A DNA stretch of 62,663 bases, the filler included, from Rhabdomonas costata (lineage: Eukaryota): the NCBI GenBank assembly GCA_019059605.1. It is 33 parts of 33 records of this genome, joined end to end, with 100 filler letters (N's around TTAATTAATTAA, not from the genome) between each part and the next. Parts side by side here need not be neighbours in the genome. Positions count along the whole stretch, not along the records: positions 60,864 to 62,663 come from JAHMHO010008846.1; 32 more parts are not named here. The stretch is one strand, 5' to 3'. Below are positions 61,990 through 62,663 of the stretch, one piece after another. The translations under genes were made by a program, and so were the position numbers. Under the pieces are notes generated by a model. That model saw only the letters and a list, made by a program, of their open reading frames with translations, ran no database searches and was not told the origin of the DNA. Position 1 is the first letter of the stretch. Each line of letters starts with the position of its first letter.

Positions 61990-62663
61990 GCTGTGGTGTG
62001 TGGGTGGTGGGTGTGGAGCCTAGTGCAGGCAATTCGTGGCGTGGGAGAATGTGTACGTTTGTTGCTACATCGGTACTGTTGCAGCTGCACATTTGCGGAA
62101 ATGTAAACAGGGAACGGCCTGTTGGGACGAGGGGACGTGCACCTTTTCACACCAATACCGTACGACGCGTTTATCGGGGATCCCCACATATTTCCACTGC
62201 GATGAACCTGGGGGACTGGAGGGAGTAGGGTGCTTTTGTTTCTCTTCGCCGCGGCACCTTCCACGGAAAACGAAGTCATCCCATCTTGGGATTCACATGT
62301 TATGCTTGTATACACACTTGGGTGCCGGTTCACCAAAAACAGGATCCTTACGAGGTCTTGGGGGTCGAAATTTTCTCCTGAAATATCACTGTTGCACGAT
62401 TTGTTGCGTTTCGTGCTTGTTTTTTTTTCGACAGAACGCCGATCGATGGCAATTTTTTCTCCAACTCATGCCCTCCTTTAGGTAAGATAAGATAAAATAG
62501 GATAGGAGTACACCGTACAGACCGTCTACTTTGCGCAGGTCGAGCGCGGAAAGGCGAGCGAGACAACCGTGGCTCCACCAGTGCAGCCTGCACCGCACAT
62601 TCAAAGCCCAGCAGCCTTGCCTCAGCGAACCCTTCCTAGTCTGCTTTCGGGGTACCACCCCCC

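Noticed and set aside
1-62663. Euglenid non-conventional (non-GT/GC-AG, stem-forming) introns
   Set aside because: Every junction I could resolve on both sides is GT-AG or GC-AG. The unresolved ones need transcripts.
1-62663. Dinoflagellate origin because of GC donors
   Set aside because: Many acceptors are not followed by G, and a trypanosome-type receptor cyclase is present. Euglenozoa fits better, though no rRNA marker is in the window.
1-62663. Prokaryotic operon, defence system or CRISPR locus
   Set aside because: No contig carries more than fragments of one or two intron-containing genes. No cas genes or repeat-spacer arrays are visible.

Overview
This is not one locus. It is 33 unlinked contigs of about 1.8 kb joined by 32 identical 100-bp linkers (44 N + TTAATTAATTAA + 44 N, stops in all six frames), so neighbourhood across linkers means nothing and most short ORFs in the track are noise. 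Many contig ends carry G/T-only primer remnants (GTGGTGGGTGTGTTTGG-like) and fold-back copies, which points to a whole-genome-amplified, probably single-cell, library. 32 contigs look like an intron-rich protist of about 50% GC. It is probably a euglenozoan (euglenid or diplonemid), inferred from trypanosome-type receptor adenylate cyclases, degenerate GTGCG/GTTGC-type donors, frequent GC-AG introns and pyrimidine tracts just before first ATGs. Gene fragments I could rebuild by hand: two classes of adenylate cyclase and their Venus-flytrap/Cache sensor regions, two RRM proteins, a PPR-like protein, a SPRY protein, an AMP-deaminase homolog lacking catalytic residues, a Polo-like kinase, a kinesin, a PatZ/Pka-type GNAT domain, a COQ6-like flavoprotein and a UIM protein. 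There are also two decayed copies of one retrotransposon gag and a dispersed intronic repeat. One contig (36144-37945) is very different: extremely AT-rich, intronless, and encoding a SNF2 helicase with an embedded RING finger of the kind carried by giant viruses. It is the most notable item. No complete multi-gene system can be shown at this contig length.
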